From Gracilinanus agilis (lineage: Eukaryota): DNA of 64,000 nucleotides. The notes beneath the pieces are model-generated. The model was not told where the DNA came from. It saw only the letters and a list, made by a program, of their open reading frames with translations, and did no database searches. The stretch is from the NCBI RefSeq assembly GCF_016433145.1, contig NC_058132.1, positions 646,539,319-646,603,318 on the forward strand, written 5' to 3'. Below, in pieces: positions 49,600 to 61,379 of this stretch; the stretch's first letter is position 1; the number at the start of each line of letters is the position of its first letter. A program made the translations under genes and the position numbers.

Positions 49600-50900
49600 G
49601 TAGTTAGCCAGTCAATAAATAATAAAAGTCTACTATGTAGAAACACTGTGCTGAGATAGCCAGAGATCCAAAGTAAAAGGAACCCCAGCGCTCTAGGAGT
49701 TCAAGGGGAGTTCTAGGAGAAAGACAAAATACAAACAACAACATATCACTAAGATATAGAGAGGGCAAACTGGAGCAAATCAAAAGAAGATGCTAAGATT
49801 AAGGAGGACTAGAAATAGGCCTTCTGTTGGAGAAAGTCACTTAATGGGCATTTGTAGGAAGCCAGAAAGTGGAGATAAGGAAAGTGAGAGTTCCCTGTAT
49901 GGAGGACAGTTAGGGAAAATGCCTAGTTGGGAAATGATGTATCTTGTCCTAAGAATAGCAAGGAGACTAGTGTCCCTAACATGGGAGTAGGTTTGATGGA
50001 AGATTACCAGAAAGATGGGGTGGGTGAAGATTATAGAGGACTTTGAATGCCAACAAGAAGAATTTATACTCGATCCTGGACGTAATGGGGAGCTATAGAC
50101 ATTCAGTGGGTGAGGAGATGACATAGTCTTACTTGTTACTTAAAAAGATTTATTTGACAACAAGTAGAAGATGGATTTGGGGCAGCCAGATCTATCAGAA
50201 GGCTACTATTGCAATGGTCCAGGCAGGAGAGGAGGACGGTTTGTCTGCTCCAGTGGGATCAGTGTCAGAAAAGAGGAGGGCCAAACATGAGTAATGCTAC
50301 AAAGATAATATCAATATGTCTTGACCACTGAATCAATGTGGAGGACAAGAGTATAGAGTTATAGATGACACTTAGGCCATGAGATTGGGGTGACTAGAAG
50401 TATATTGTACTGTCAGGATGAATTGACAAGTGGGAAGGGGGAAATGTTAAGAGGGGGATGAAGACAGAGTTCAGTTTAAGATTGAGGTGTCTATATAACT
50501 ACCACTCATCTGCCTTGGAACCGATACTTGGTGTGGTCCTCAGATAGGTGGTAAGGGTCTAAAATAAAGATGTCTCTAGGGACATCTAGTTGAAGATACA
50601 ATTGTGGATGACTTCAGTGGAAAGGTTATTGCCAGAAAAGTAGACTTAAGAATCTTCAGCATGCAGATGATGATTACAAAGTTGCAGAGTCTGAGGAGAC
50701 ATCCTCTTTGCTGGGTTTGACCTGGATGAAGGAGGTAAGAGGAGAACCAGGAGAAAGCCAATGTCACAAGGATTAAAAGTGAGCATCAGTGCCAAGATGG
50801 TGAAGGCTGCAGAAAAGTCAAGAAGTATGATATTGAGAAAAAGGCATTAATTGATTTTGCAATTAAGCCATCATTGGTTGGAGATAGAGGGTTGTGTATG
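49600..50900 (-). mobile_element. L2 LINE, long fragment
   Basis: Starts at 'gtcaataaataataaaagtctactatgtagaaacactgtgctgag' and continues with typical antisense L2 purine-rich body. Confidence 0.8.
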
Positions 50901-53299
50901 GAGGACATTGAACAGACCTGTTTGGCCTAGAATGATAAGTGGGAAGCAGATTCTGAAGAACATTGAATAAGAAGATATTAAAAGGAATCTCGACAGAGAA
51001 GGCAAGATAAATCTTTAGCCTTTTCACAGGCTCCAGTTGGTTTAGTCTGGAATTCCGGGGATGAGATGGGATAGGGATAATGTAACTGGCTGGCCCACAT
51101 CCTTTCCTGGGTGCTCAAGCACCCCATCTCTCCTGATGTTTCTCTAAACAAGATATAGGGCAAGAAACTCCAAGAGAATTGTGACATGGGGTAAGCCAGA
51201 GGGTTCATTACAAGGACTCATACTAGATTTCCCCCTTTGGACTCCAGACTCCTGCTGCAAAAGGGAAGTTCCCTGCCTTACTAGTCCTGCTCATCTCTGT
51301 GGATGCCCAAGTCTTTTCCTCTTGGATGAAGAGGAGACCTGGGTGGGCCATAGCAGATGGTCACCCAGGCACAGGGAGTTGGTGTGATAGGTCAAAGGGC
51401 TGCCCTCCTGAAGGTGTATTCTTGCATAACTAAATGTTCACTTTATTAAGGACAAATAGATCCCAGAAGGCTCCAAGGCTGGATCTTGAATGGGTATGAA
51501 CAGGAAGTTGTAGGCACTAGATCTCTCAGGTAGGTGTAATGCTTGTCATGGAAGCCAATGCCAATAGGCACATGGAATAATGATGAACCTATATCTAAGG
51601 GAGGTTGATGAGAGAGATGGAAAGTCCAAATAGTTCCCAAAAGGCAATGCTCCTCCAAAGAAGAAAAGCCTGCTTAACCAGCACCCGCTTCATCTGGAAA
51701 TTTCGTGACTTAGGACCATAACTATTACAAGAAAACATAATGACTCCCCTTCCAAGAAGTTTCTGAAAAGCATTGCAGATCTCACATGGACCAAATCCCA
51801 TCTGAATTTGGCCTCGAATGAGCTTGGACCCCGGTTTCCCAACCTGCTCCTCTATGAAGATTTCTTTATACTGTCACAGACCCCACACAGGAAGCAGTAG
51901 TTGTGCTAACAGTGAACATGGGGCGAGAACATGCATAATGACAAAAAGCTACTGGGAATTCTCTCACCCTCTTAAATACATTTCCTTTTTTCTCCCTTTT
52001 GTTTCCAATAGAATGTCAGCAGGGCAAAGACTGCCTTCATTCCTGCCTTTGAATCCCCAGAATCTAACAGAGTTTGGCACATAGTAGGAATGTAATAAAT
52101 GCTTATTGAATTAAGTTGAATGCTGAATCAAAACAGCATCTCCATATGTTTTAAAAGTCTATGTGTGAGGCATGTTATTTATCCAGGCTGCAGAATGTGT
52201 GGTGGCTGTTTTTAGGGATTTGCATATGGATTTGTGGACCCCTTGAAATAGCTCTGCTTTTCCCCAGGGTGCCATAGCCCAAAAGATGAGATCTTCTGTG
52301 TCTAATGGAAATGGAACTTGAAAGGAACTTAGAAGCAGCCTAGGTTTTCCCAAACTTTTTTGGTCTCCATAATCTTTGACTTTCAAGAGACCTTTTCATG
52401 AACTCTTTTATATATATGTATATATGTATATATATACATATACATATAAAATATATATATCCTTTTTTAATATAAAAAGAAATTGTTTAACTAGTGTTTC
52501 CCATATATATGTATATGATAAAACTTTCCCATCTCCCGTATTCAATATGAAAGAAAATTAATTGTAGAGTTCACCATGGATATGCCCAGAAGAGTTCAAA
52601 TAAAATGACATTTCAATAAAACAATTTACCAAATATTCTCTGTGCCTACTTGGCAATATCCCCTGGAGCTTTCATTCTCTGCTTTGAACCTCCACCTGGA
52701 TGCAGTCCATGATCTAGTCTAATATCTTTTTTTTTTTTAATAAGGAAATGAGGAGATGGAGCTTTAAAAAAGCTAAGTGACTGGCCCAAGGCAACACAGT
52801 AAGTTGCTGAGTTGAGACTTAAATACACATCCTGCAAATCCACTACACATCTAGATGAGTGAAAACACTAAAGAATCCCAGAATCAGAGATCTGTTAGAA
52901 GGGATCTGGGCTTCCACTTAGCCCTGCTCTTAGAGCAATCACTCCCATCCACAATACTGGGGCCTTATTAAGTAATTAAAAAAATAACCTTTACCTTACA
53001 TCTTATCACTACTGTGTATTACTTATACAGCAGAAGAGTGGTAAGGGTTAAGTGACTTGCCCAGAGTCTCACAGCTAGGAAGTGTCCGGGGTCAGATTTG
53101 AACTTAAGAGTAATTTGTTGACAAAAAAAAAAAAAGAGCTCTGAAGGGATCTCATCAGTGTCACTGACTCTCAGTCAAATTCTTTAGGAATCAGTTCCCT
53201 CTGCTCTCCCTGACTCTGATATGTCCTACTACAGTGTCCTACTTCCTGCTGTTCTTTACTTCAGTTCTTCAAGTAACAGTAAATTGAGGTTACCATCAT

Positions 53300-53700
53300 A
53301 TTCTGTAGAACTGAGAACTGAAGAGACCTCAGGAGTCTCTAGTCCAACCCATAAAGACAAGGAATCCACAAAAGAGGAGACCCAACAAGTGGTCGTCTAG
53401 CCTTTGTCTGAAGCCATCCTACATACCATCTCAAAAAGCAGCCCATTTCCCTTTGGAATCATTCTTATTGCTAGGAAGGAAATTTCTTTGTCTATCAGTT
53501 TGTTTTCCTGATTTCAAGTCTAAATTGCCCTATTTCCAATTTCAACTCACTGTTCTTATTTCTATCCTCTGGGACCAGGTAGGACAAGTCTAATCCCCCT
53601 GCCTCAAGTCAAGAGTTGTCCATGAACTCAATGCCATGACTCCTAGTGGTTGCCTTCCTCTGGACTCTGTCCAGGTCACTGATGTCCTCCTTGCATCACT
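53300..53700 (-). mobile_element. CR1/L3 3' end
   Basis: 'gaactgaagagacctcaggagtctctagtccaaccc...gcagcccatttccctttgg...ctctgggaccaggtaggacaagtctaatccc'. Confidence 0.75.
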
Positions 53701-54264
53701 ATGAGATGTTGCCACTGGGATTTCTTAGGCAAATCAGGCTATAACCTGATCACCACTGATGTCCACAGATTCTGGAAAGTTCTTTGAAAATTCTGTGTTT
53801 TAGATGCTAGGTCACCCACTAAGGTTCTCACCATTGGATTTAATTGGGCTCACTGGGTGTATCTCAGGATTCTTTGCACCTATTTCTCCAAGGCTCAGAT
53901 TGCCAGGTTTCTGGTTCCAGGGCCATAGCAGGCATGAAGCTCCTATTCTTCCATCCCAACCCCTCTCCTCAGGTCACCTTCCAGTTTGAAAATTATTTAT
54001 AGATACTATTCTGATTGTGAACCTAGAAAGAAAGAGTTTAAAAGTGCCCTCTCTGCAGGCCTCCTTCAACCACTGTTAGTTGTTGTTCTCATGACTCATT
54101 TAGACTCCAACTCCCTCATCCTCTTGGTGATGCCAGTGGTTCTAGCCTCTGCAATCTCTCCCATTGACCTATCAGTCCTAACTGTTGTTCCTGGGGTAAT
54201 GCCTTTGTAGGCTGTGATGGTTGTTTCTTCCTAAGCCTGGAAAAGTGATCTCCTTTGACTACTT

Positions 54265-54335
<71 letters not shown>

Positions 54336-54540
54336 AAGACATTTCAGTACTGGCCAACTTTTCATGACATCATTTAGGGTTTCCTTAGCAAAAATCCTAG
54401 AGTAGCTTGTCCTTTCCTTCTCCAACATATTTTGCATATGAGGAAACTGAGGCAAAGAGGGAAAAGAGAATTGTCCAGGGTCACACAACTAGTGTCTGAA
54501 AGTGGATTTGAACTCAAGTCTTCCTGACTCCAGGCCCTGT
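54265..54540 (-). mobile_element. MAR1-like SINE with expanded (GTT)n tail (54265-54335)
   Basis: 'tttccttagcaaaaatcctagagtagcttgtcctttccttctcca...tttgaactcaagtcttcctgactccagg'. Confidence 0.85.
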
Positions 54541-55094
54541 AGTCTATTACTAGCTCTCCTTTCTTTAACTGTTACCTACTAGGTACTGTGGGTTCTTTCT
54601 GCTCTGTAAGCCATGAGGCCCAGAAGCATGAGGTAAGGCCTTCAGAATGTACCTCCCCCTTACACTTTGAGATCCTCAAAGTACCCTCAGTATTCATTTC
54701 TGTCCAAGCCTCTCTGCTCTGCTCTAACACTGCACCCTTTTCTGGGCTTCCTCCATCTGCCTCCCTGCAGTTAGACTTTTTAGTCAGACACACACCTTCT
54801 CCTGCTTTATGTTTCCATTCTTTCATGTTGGCCCTGTTTTCCTAGCACTTCAGTTCACAATCAGGGGGAAAAATAATATGGTAAACAATTGGTAAATTCC
54901 ATAGAAACTATAGAAATAGCTGTTATCAGTGACATACTTTGGTGTGACTAAGTTTATCATGAAGAAATTTGGGTAGAGGTCAGGAAGAGGAGAAGATGGC
55001 CAATCTGGCATCTGAGGAGAGAGAGAAGAGAAAAGCAAGAAAGTCCAAGGAGAGGGAAAGGCATTAAAAATCCCTGGAGTAAAAGTTCTCTTCA

Positions 55095-56422
55095 CAGGTT
55101 TATAGGGAACAGAGTAGCCCCTTGAGAAAGCACATACTTCAAGGAACGTGGTTTATACCTAGTGTGCCTTTGGGCCCCTAGATTGGCTTCAGACACTTTA
55201 TAGTTGACAGAGCCATAAAGACACTTTGGACTAACTGAGGAAAAGCAGTAAAAAAGACAGGTCTTAACTTCCGCTCTGAAATCCTTCGGCAAGGCCAGGT
55301 TTTGAGAGAACTATGGCCCTTTCTTAGGAGCCAAGGTTAGCTCCAAGATACTAAATGAAGTCATTCCTCAAGTGAGCTCCAGCTGTCTGGCCAGACTCCT
55401 CAGACAAGCAATATCTGCAAGGTCTGGCACTGTTTTAGTTTTTATTTTATTTTATTTAATTGATTAATTAAGAGAATTTTTCCATGGTTCCATGATTCAT
55501 GTTCTTTCCCTCCCCTCCTTTCACCCCCTCCCATAGCCAACAAGCAATTCCACTGGGTTTCCCATGTGTCATTGATCAAGACCTATTTCCATATTATTGA
55601 TATTTGCATCAGGGTGATGTTTAGAGTCAACATCCCCAGTCATATCCCCATAAAAACATGTGACTGATCCTATGTTTTTCTTCTATGTTTCTGCTCCCAC
55701 AGTTCTTTCCCATAAGTCTCTCAGAGCTGTCTTGTGTCATTGCATTGCTGCTAGTAGAGAAGTCAGTTACATTCTATCATGCTACAATGTATCAGTCTCT
55801 GTGTACAATGTTCTTCTGGTTCTGCTCCTTTCACTCTGCATCACTTCCTCGAGGCCGTTCCAGTTCATGTGGAATTCCTCCAGTTTATTATTCCTTTGAG
55901 TACAATAATATTCCATCACCAGCAGATAACACAATTTGTTCAGCCATTCCCCCATCGAAGGGCACCCCCTCGTTTTCCAATTTTTTGCCACCACAAAGAG
56001 TGTGGCTTACCAATGTTTTAGTTTGAAGCTGTTTCTTCATAGACACATGTATGCTAAGATCAAAAACCCTTTGTATTCTATGATGACTTAATTGCATCTG
56101 TGCCCCATATCTCTTTGCTGCTCGAAAACTCGTAATTGGCTGATTCTGATGTAATCCCTATGATTCCTGATTGGCTTTCAATGATGTAATGCTTTTTTGG
56201 TAAAATCACATATTGGACCTATGTGCTCAACAAAACTGGAATCTGTGATCCCATTCAGAGACCCCTTGATCCTGTCAACTTCTCATCCATGCAGGACTTT
56301 TCTCTCTCTTCTCTCTTCTCCCCTGGAGCCAATCTCTGGAGAGAACCAGCACTCAACATATAATGGGTTTCAAAGCCCTGGACTTTTAGATTCACCTCCC
56401 TAAGAACCTTGCCTTGCCCACA
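55095..56422 (-). mobile_element. Probable solo LTR interrupted by L1
   Basis: Minus strand begins TGTGGGCAAGGCAAGGTTCTTAGG (56422). Two CCAAT boxes near 56107-56180. The left boundary is uncertain. Confidence 0.45.
55442..56013 (-). mobile_element. 5'-truncated L1 3' end
   Basis: ORF2 C-terminus (ORF 55782-55994) plus 3'UTR. TSD tgttttagttt (55431-55441 / 56014-56024). Confidence 0.92.
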
Positions 56423-56479
56423 TCTGATTTGTGTTTTTCAAAACTTCTGGTCTTGTGGCCTACAGCAGGAAGAAAGAGA

Positions 56480-56987
56480 GGAAGGAAGGAAGGAAGGAAG
56501 GAAGGAAGGAAGGAAGGAAGGAAGGANNNNNNNNNNNNNNNNNNNNNNNNNNNNNNNNNNNNNNNNNNNNNNNNNNNNNNNNNNNNNNNNNNNNNNNNNN
56601 NNNNNNNNNNNNNNNNNNNNNNNNNNNNNNNNNNNNNNNNNNNNNNNNNNNNNNNNNNNNNNNNNNNNNNNNNNNNNNNNNNNNNNNNNNNNNNNNNNNN
56701 NNNNNNNNNNNNNNNNNNNNNNNNNNNNNNNNNNNNNNNNNNNNNNNNNNNNNNNNNNNNNNNNNNNNNNNNNNNNNNNNNNNNNNNNNNNNNNNNNNNN
56801 NNNNNNNNNNNNNNNNNNNNNNNNNNNNNNNNNNNNNNNNNNNNNNNNNNNNNNNNNNNNNNNNNNNNNNNNNNNNNNNNNNNNNNNNNNNNNNNNNNNN
56901 NNNNNNNNNNNNNNNNNNNNNNNNNNNNNNNNNNNNNNNNNNNNNNNNNNNNNNNNNNNNNNNNNNNNNNNNNNNNNNNNNNNNNNN
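56480..56987. repeat. (GGAA)n array running into an assembly gap (N 56527-56987)
   Basis: Directly visible. Confidence 0.95.
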
Positions 56988-57587
56988 GGTACTTTCCAGA
57001 TAATTCCATATATCTTTAAATGTGGTAAAAGGTTCTGGCAATAATCATCTCTTTGTGTTTTTATATGATGGGTTACTTTTCTTATTTGACAGAAATAACC
57101 TTGGCCCCTAAAATCAGCTGTGAGAGCCTGGAAATGACCATGTCCATGAGTGAACCAGTCAAAAAGGAGGTTTGGTAGGGAAGGATATCCATAACTCCTT
57201 AGGACCACAACCTTGGAGGCCATTCCTCTGGGGCTGATCTCAAGGGGTCATTTTACATCATACATCTCTTGGCATAAGAGAGGCTGTTTTCTTCACTGAG
57301 AAAGGATCTGTGAGAGCATCAGATTGAAAATAGGGGTCAATGATTTCTGATCAATAACATATCTTCTCTCCTCCCACCTCTGAGCAAGAGCCCATCTCTA
57401 TTTACTTCTTCAATTCTGAGCCTGTCTCCACTATTGGAAAAGTTTTGTGCTGCACTTTTTTTTTGTCACAGAAATAATTAATCTATTAATTAAATCTGTG
57501 TAGGCTGGTTCTGAAAAATCCATTTAAATTCTTTTGTCTTTGCTACAATGAACCAGAACACTCATACAGCTTCACACTAATTATGTT

Positions 57588-57589
<2 letters not shown>

Positions 57590-57641
<52 letters not shown>
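57590..57641. repeat. (CA)n microsatellite
   Basis: Directly visible. Confidence 0.95.
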
Positions 57642-57645
<4 letters not shown>

Positions 57646-57739
57646 TCATCTCTGCTGTGGTTTATTCCCTTTAAATATTTTAGGACATTGACACTTGACA
57701 TTGATGATTTCTTTATCCTCAGAGCATCACCACAAAAGG

Positions 57740-57940
57740 ACCAGATAAGTTTTTTTAAACCCTTACCTTCTATCATAGAATCAATACTGGCATTGGTTCT
57801 AAGACAGAATAATGGAAAGGACTAGGCAATTCATTTGTCCAGGATCATAGAGCTAGAAAATGTCTGCAGTCAGATTTGAACCCAGCACCTCCCATCTCTC
57901 AGCCTGGCTCTCTGTCCACTGAGCCACCTGGCTGCCCATC
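57740..57940 (-). mobile_element. Diverged SINE1-like SINE
   Basis: 'ttttttaaacccttaccttc...gatttgaacccagcacctcc...ccactgagccacctggctgccc'. Confidence 0.85.
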
Positions 57941-58859
57941 ACCATATTTATCTTCCTTCTATCTTTTGAGGAGAAACTTCAGCAATATAATTCAGAAGTA
58001 AAATTTTTATCCAATCAAATTTCAGTAAAAAAGTTTGTTTTCTCTAACTCAAAATCCTTGTAATAGTTTTTGTTTTTTCATTTCACAAGATCAAGTTGTG
58101 AAGAAGGAGAAGAAAAGTTGATACACTCCCACATTCATCCATTTAGTTCACTCCTAGCTGCCATGAAGTGATCTATATAGTTTCCTTGTCTTGAAAACAT
58201 ATTTTCTCCATGAGTCTAAAAGTATAAGTATCAAAGAACTGCATAAACAGGACTTGGTTGTGTTTGACTTTTTAGATGTATAATAGACCTTCTGCTCAGC
58301 ACCATCTGTTGTTACCTGGTTTCCTGATTATATCTACTCATGTTAGAATTCACATCATTTTTAATCTCTTCTGTTTGCCAAGGCAAATAAAGTTTAAGGT
58401 ACCCTGGGACTCAGTTACCACAATACTAGGGACTATCTCTGAGAGACTCAGCAAGAGCAAGGAGTCCATTCATCTAGAAGTAGGAGGGAGAAACTAGACC
58501 CTTAGAAATACTGACAAGTCAGGCCTTCCTAGCACTCCATCCAACTTTTGCTATTTCTCCCCAAAATGAGAGACAATGCCTGACCCCACTGCCATTTGTC
58601 TAGTATTAAATTTATCCATATTTTCTGTCTTGTTATATGTACACAAGTCTCTTCCTCCTCTTCCTCCTCCTCTTTATCCTCCTTCTCTTCGTCTTCTTCC
58701 TCCTCCTCCTCCTCTCTGCATGGATAGGGATCATTTCATTCTAGCCTTTATATTCTTGATGACTAGCACAATGTCTGAGGGAGTGTAAGTATCTCATAAA
58801 TGTTTGCTGATTGTAGTGACATGCAAAACCAGGTAAAAGCTCTATTTAGGACATATGAT

Positions 58860-60260
58860 CAGCAATGTCAAGTTCTATGGAGAGGTCAAAAAAGATTAGG
58901 ATTAAGAAGAGGCCATCGCATTTGGCAATTAGCTTTGAATCCTCAATGATAGAAGAATATGAAGAGAACTCCTTGTTTAGGGATGAAGTCAGAAGCCAAT
59001 AAAAGTGGCAGAATAGTAAGTTAGAAGGAAGGAAGTGGAGGCAAGTAATATACACAGCTTTATCCAGGAATTTGATTTTGAAAGGGAGGCTAGATCGATG
59101 ATGTGAGCATGAGCAGGTGGCTAAGTCAAGTAAGAGGTATTTTCTTAAGGATGGGGGAGAGCTGGATATGATTTGAAGCAGAAAGGAAGGAGACTAAAAG
59201 GAAGAAGATAAACTAAAGATTAGAGCTAGGAGGTGACTATAAGGATGCTTTTCCAGAAGAGATATTGGGCGATGGAATCATGGAGAGGAAGAGTGGTCAG
59301 CTTTGTCCAGCAGGTCTACATTTTCACAAAAAAAAAAGTCAAGTCAAGTAAAGGGTGGAAGATGATATAAAGGGTTATGAGATATAGAGGGGAGAAGGAG
59401 GAGCCTTTGGTAAGTGGGCTCAATTTTGTCAACAAGGTAAGAGACAAGATCCTTAGCTAGAAGAGTTAGGACATGCCTAGGGTGAGAGGTTTGCTGAGAG
59501 AAAGGGTGTTTTGGAATAGTAGCTGTGTGCAAAGGATAGAGAATCAGTGAAGGAAGAATATGATTGCCTCACTGCTATGGGGTTCCAAGTGAATTTGGAT
59601 AGTGTGAATTTGTAGGACAATGAGTGAGCAAGATAAAATACATTGTTTTTTTCTTCTAGCTCCATTTAGCAGGGTGATAATCGCACAGGAATGGAAGGAG
59701 ATGTTGGAACTAATTCTTCATTGGCGTCTTGCACATTAAAGAACAGTGGTCAAAAAAGAGAGCCAGAGCAAAGGAATAGATGGCAAAGTCTTTTGAAACT
59801 CCATGAGTAAAAAGTAGAGTTTAAGAAGAGATTAAAATGAAACTGGTGGGGCAGCTGGGTAGCTCAGTGGATGGAGAGCCAGGCCTAGAGATGGGAGGTC
59901 CTGGGTTCAAATCTGACCTCAGACACTTCCCAGCTGGGTGACCCTGGGCAAGTCACTTGACCCCCATTGCCCACCCTTACCACTCTTGCACCTAGGAGCC
60001 AATACACAGAAGTTAAGGGTTAAAAAAAAAGTATAAAAAAAAAGAAACCAAAATGAAACTGGTGCAACATTAATGGCCTGGGATAGTATTGAGGGATGCA
60101 TGGACTGGAAATGGACATCATAGATAGATGGACACCATGATGAGGAAGAGTAATTTCTTTAGAAGTGAGTCAGAAGGAGAGATATGATGCTGATCCAATT
60201 AAGAGATTTCAGAAATCTTAATCATGGTACTAGAACTTTGCTGGTAATTGCGTGACTATA
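58860..60260 (-). mobile_element. L2 LINE, long fragment (interrupted by a SINE)
   Basis: 'caatgtcaagttctatggagaggtcaaaaagattagg...gatttggcaattag'-type L2 body. Confidence 0.7.
59849..60049 (+). mobile_element. SINE1_Mdo-like SINE
   Basis: Perfect 15-bp TSD aaaatgaaactggtg (59834-59848 / 60050-60064). Confidence 0.93.
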
Positions 60261-60284
60261 GGGAAGAGGAGTAGTAGGTCTTTT

Positions 60285-60475
60285 TTTTTCACCCTAACTC
60301 TCTTAGAATCAATGCTATGCATAGTTCTAAAGTAGAAGAGCATAAAGGATAGGCAATGTGGATTAAGTGACTTTCCCAGGGTCACATGGGTAGAAAGTGT
60401 CTGAGGTCAGATTCAAACTCAGGACCTCCCATCTCCAAACCTGACTATCCACCGAGCCACCTAGCTGCCTCCACA
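60285..60475 (-). mobile_element. Older SINE1-like SINE
   Basis: 'ttttttttcaccctaactc...gtgactttcccagggtcac...cagattcaaactcaggacctcc'. Confidence 0.8.
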
Positions 60476-60784
60476 AGTACTAGGTCTTATGTATGGAAGA
60501 GACTGTGTGTTTGAGATAATAATGTATTTGTTGATATTCCCTACTTTAATGGCAGGGTTTGACTAAAGAGGACTACTGTGACCCAGGCCTATGACAGTAT
60601 GACAGAAGTGTCTGTGAGTGAGGCAGTGGATCACAGTCACCGTGAGCTGGATAGAATGGTAAAGTTGGAGAACATGAGCCTCTAAGGAAGAGAAGTTGAT
60701 GGATTGACCCTCATTCTTCTTTCCATCTTCTCAATTCAGAGCTGCAGCACCGAGCATTGCCAGCCTTTGGGATTGCTTCCTTCC

Positions 60785-60940
60785 TCGTGTTTACACAATC
60801 CATGATTGGGTCTTTTACATAACCCATCCTAAATATAGAGCAGGACTCACACATGCAGGGCAGCGGTCCATCGGTCGCAGCAATAACGCTGCAGTGGGTA
60901 TATAAAGATGATGGCTTCCATATGTCCAGGCCAGCCTCAC
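60785..60940 (+). promoter_or_regulatory. Candidate Pol II core promoter (forkhead, inverted CCAAT, MEF2, TATA)
   Basis: TGTTTAC 60788-60794, ATTGG 60805-60809, CTAAATATAG 60829-60838 and TATATAAA 60899-60906, in unique sequence with a small CpG cluster. Confidence 0.35.
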
Positions 60941-61379
60941 AATGAACTTGATCTCAGCAATGTTTACATCATACTAACATTTCCAGCACTCCCTCTCCCT
61001 CCCGGTGGTGGTACATGCAGGGCTTGTGTTTCTAAACAGACTTCCTTGTGTTTTGCCACATTCCCCTCTGGCCCTAAAGAAGAGACTTGAAGAAAGGGGA
61101 CATTTCTGGCATCCTTCCTGCTCTCTATTTACAGACTAGGCTTGAACCAAATCAAAACTTTCCAAACATCTGTATCCTGCTGTGGCAGAAACCTTTGGGC
61201 CATTGCTCGTATGCCTCCTGAGTCGCTGAAGAGGATGAAGAAGGAGGCTGTTTTTCTTTAGGGGTGGGAATAATGGAGAAGAAAAGGGGACCTGATGGGT
61301 AGAGGAAACCTGATTCTAAAGATGGACCTCCTCAAAGAAGAATTTCATGGGAGCCACAGAAGTCTAAAATAGAACTAAT

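Noticed and set aside
56392-57223. Long ORFs of 190-261 aa
   Set aside because: Artefacts of translating through 461 N and a GGAA repeat. The same applies to 20742-21055.
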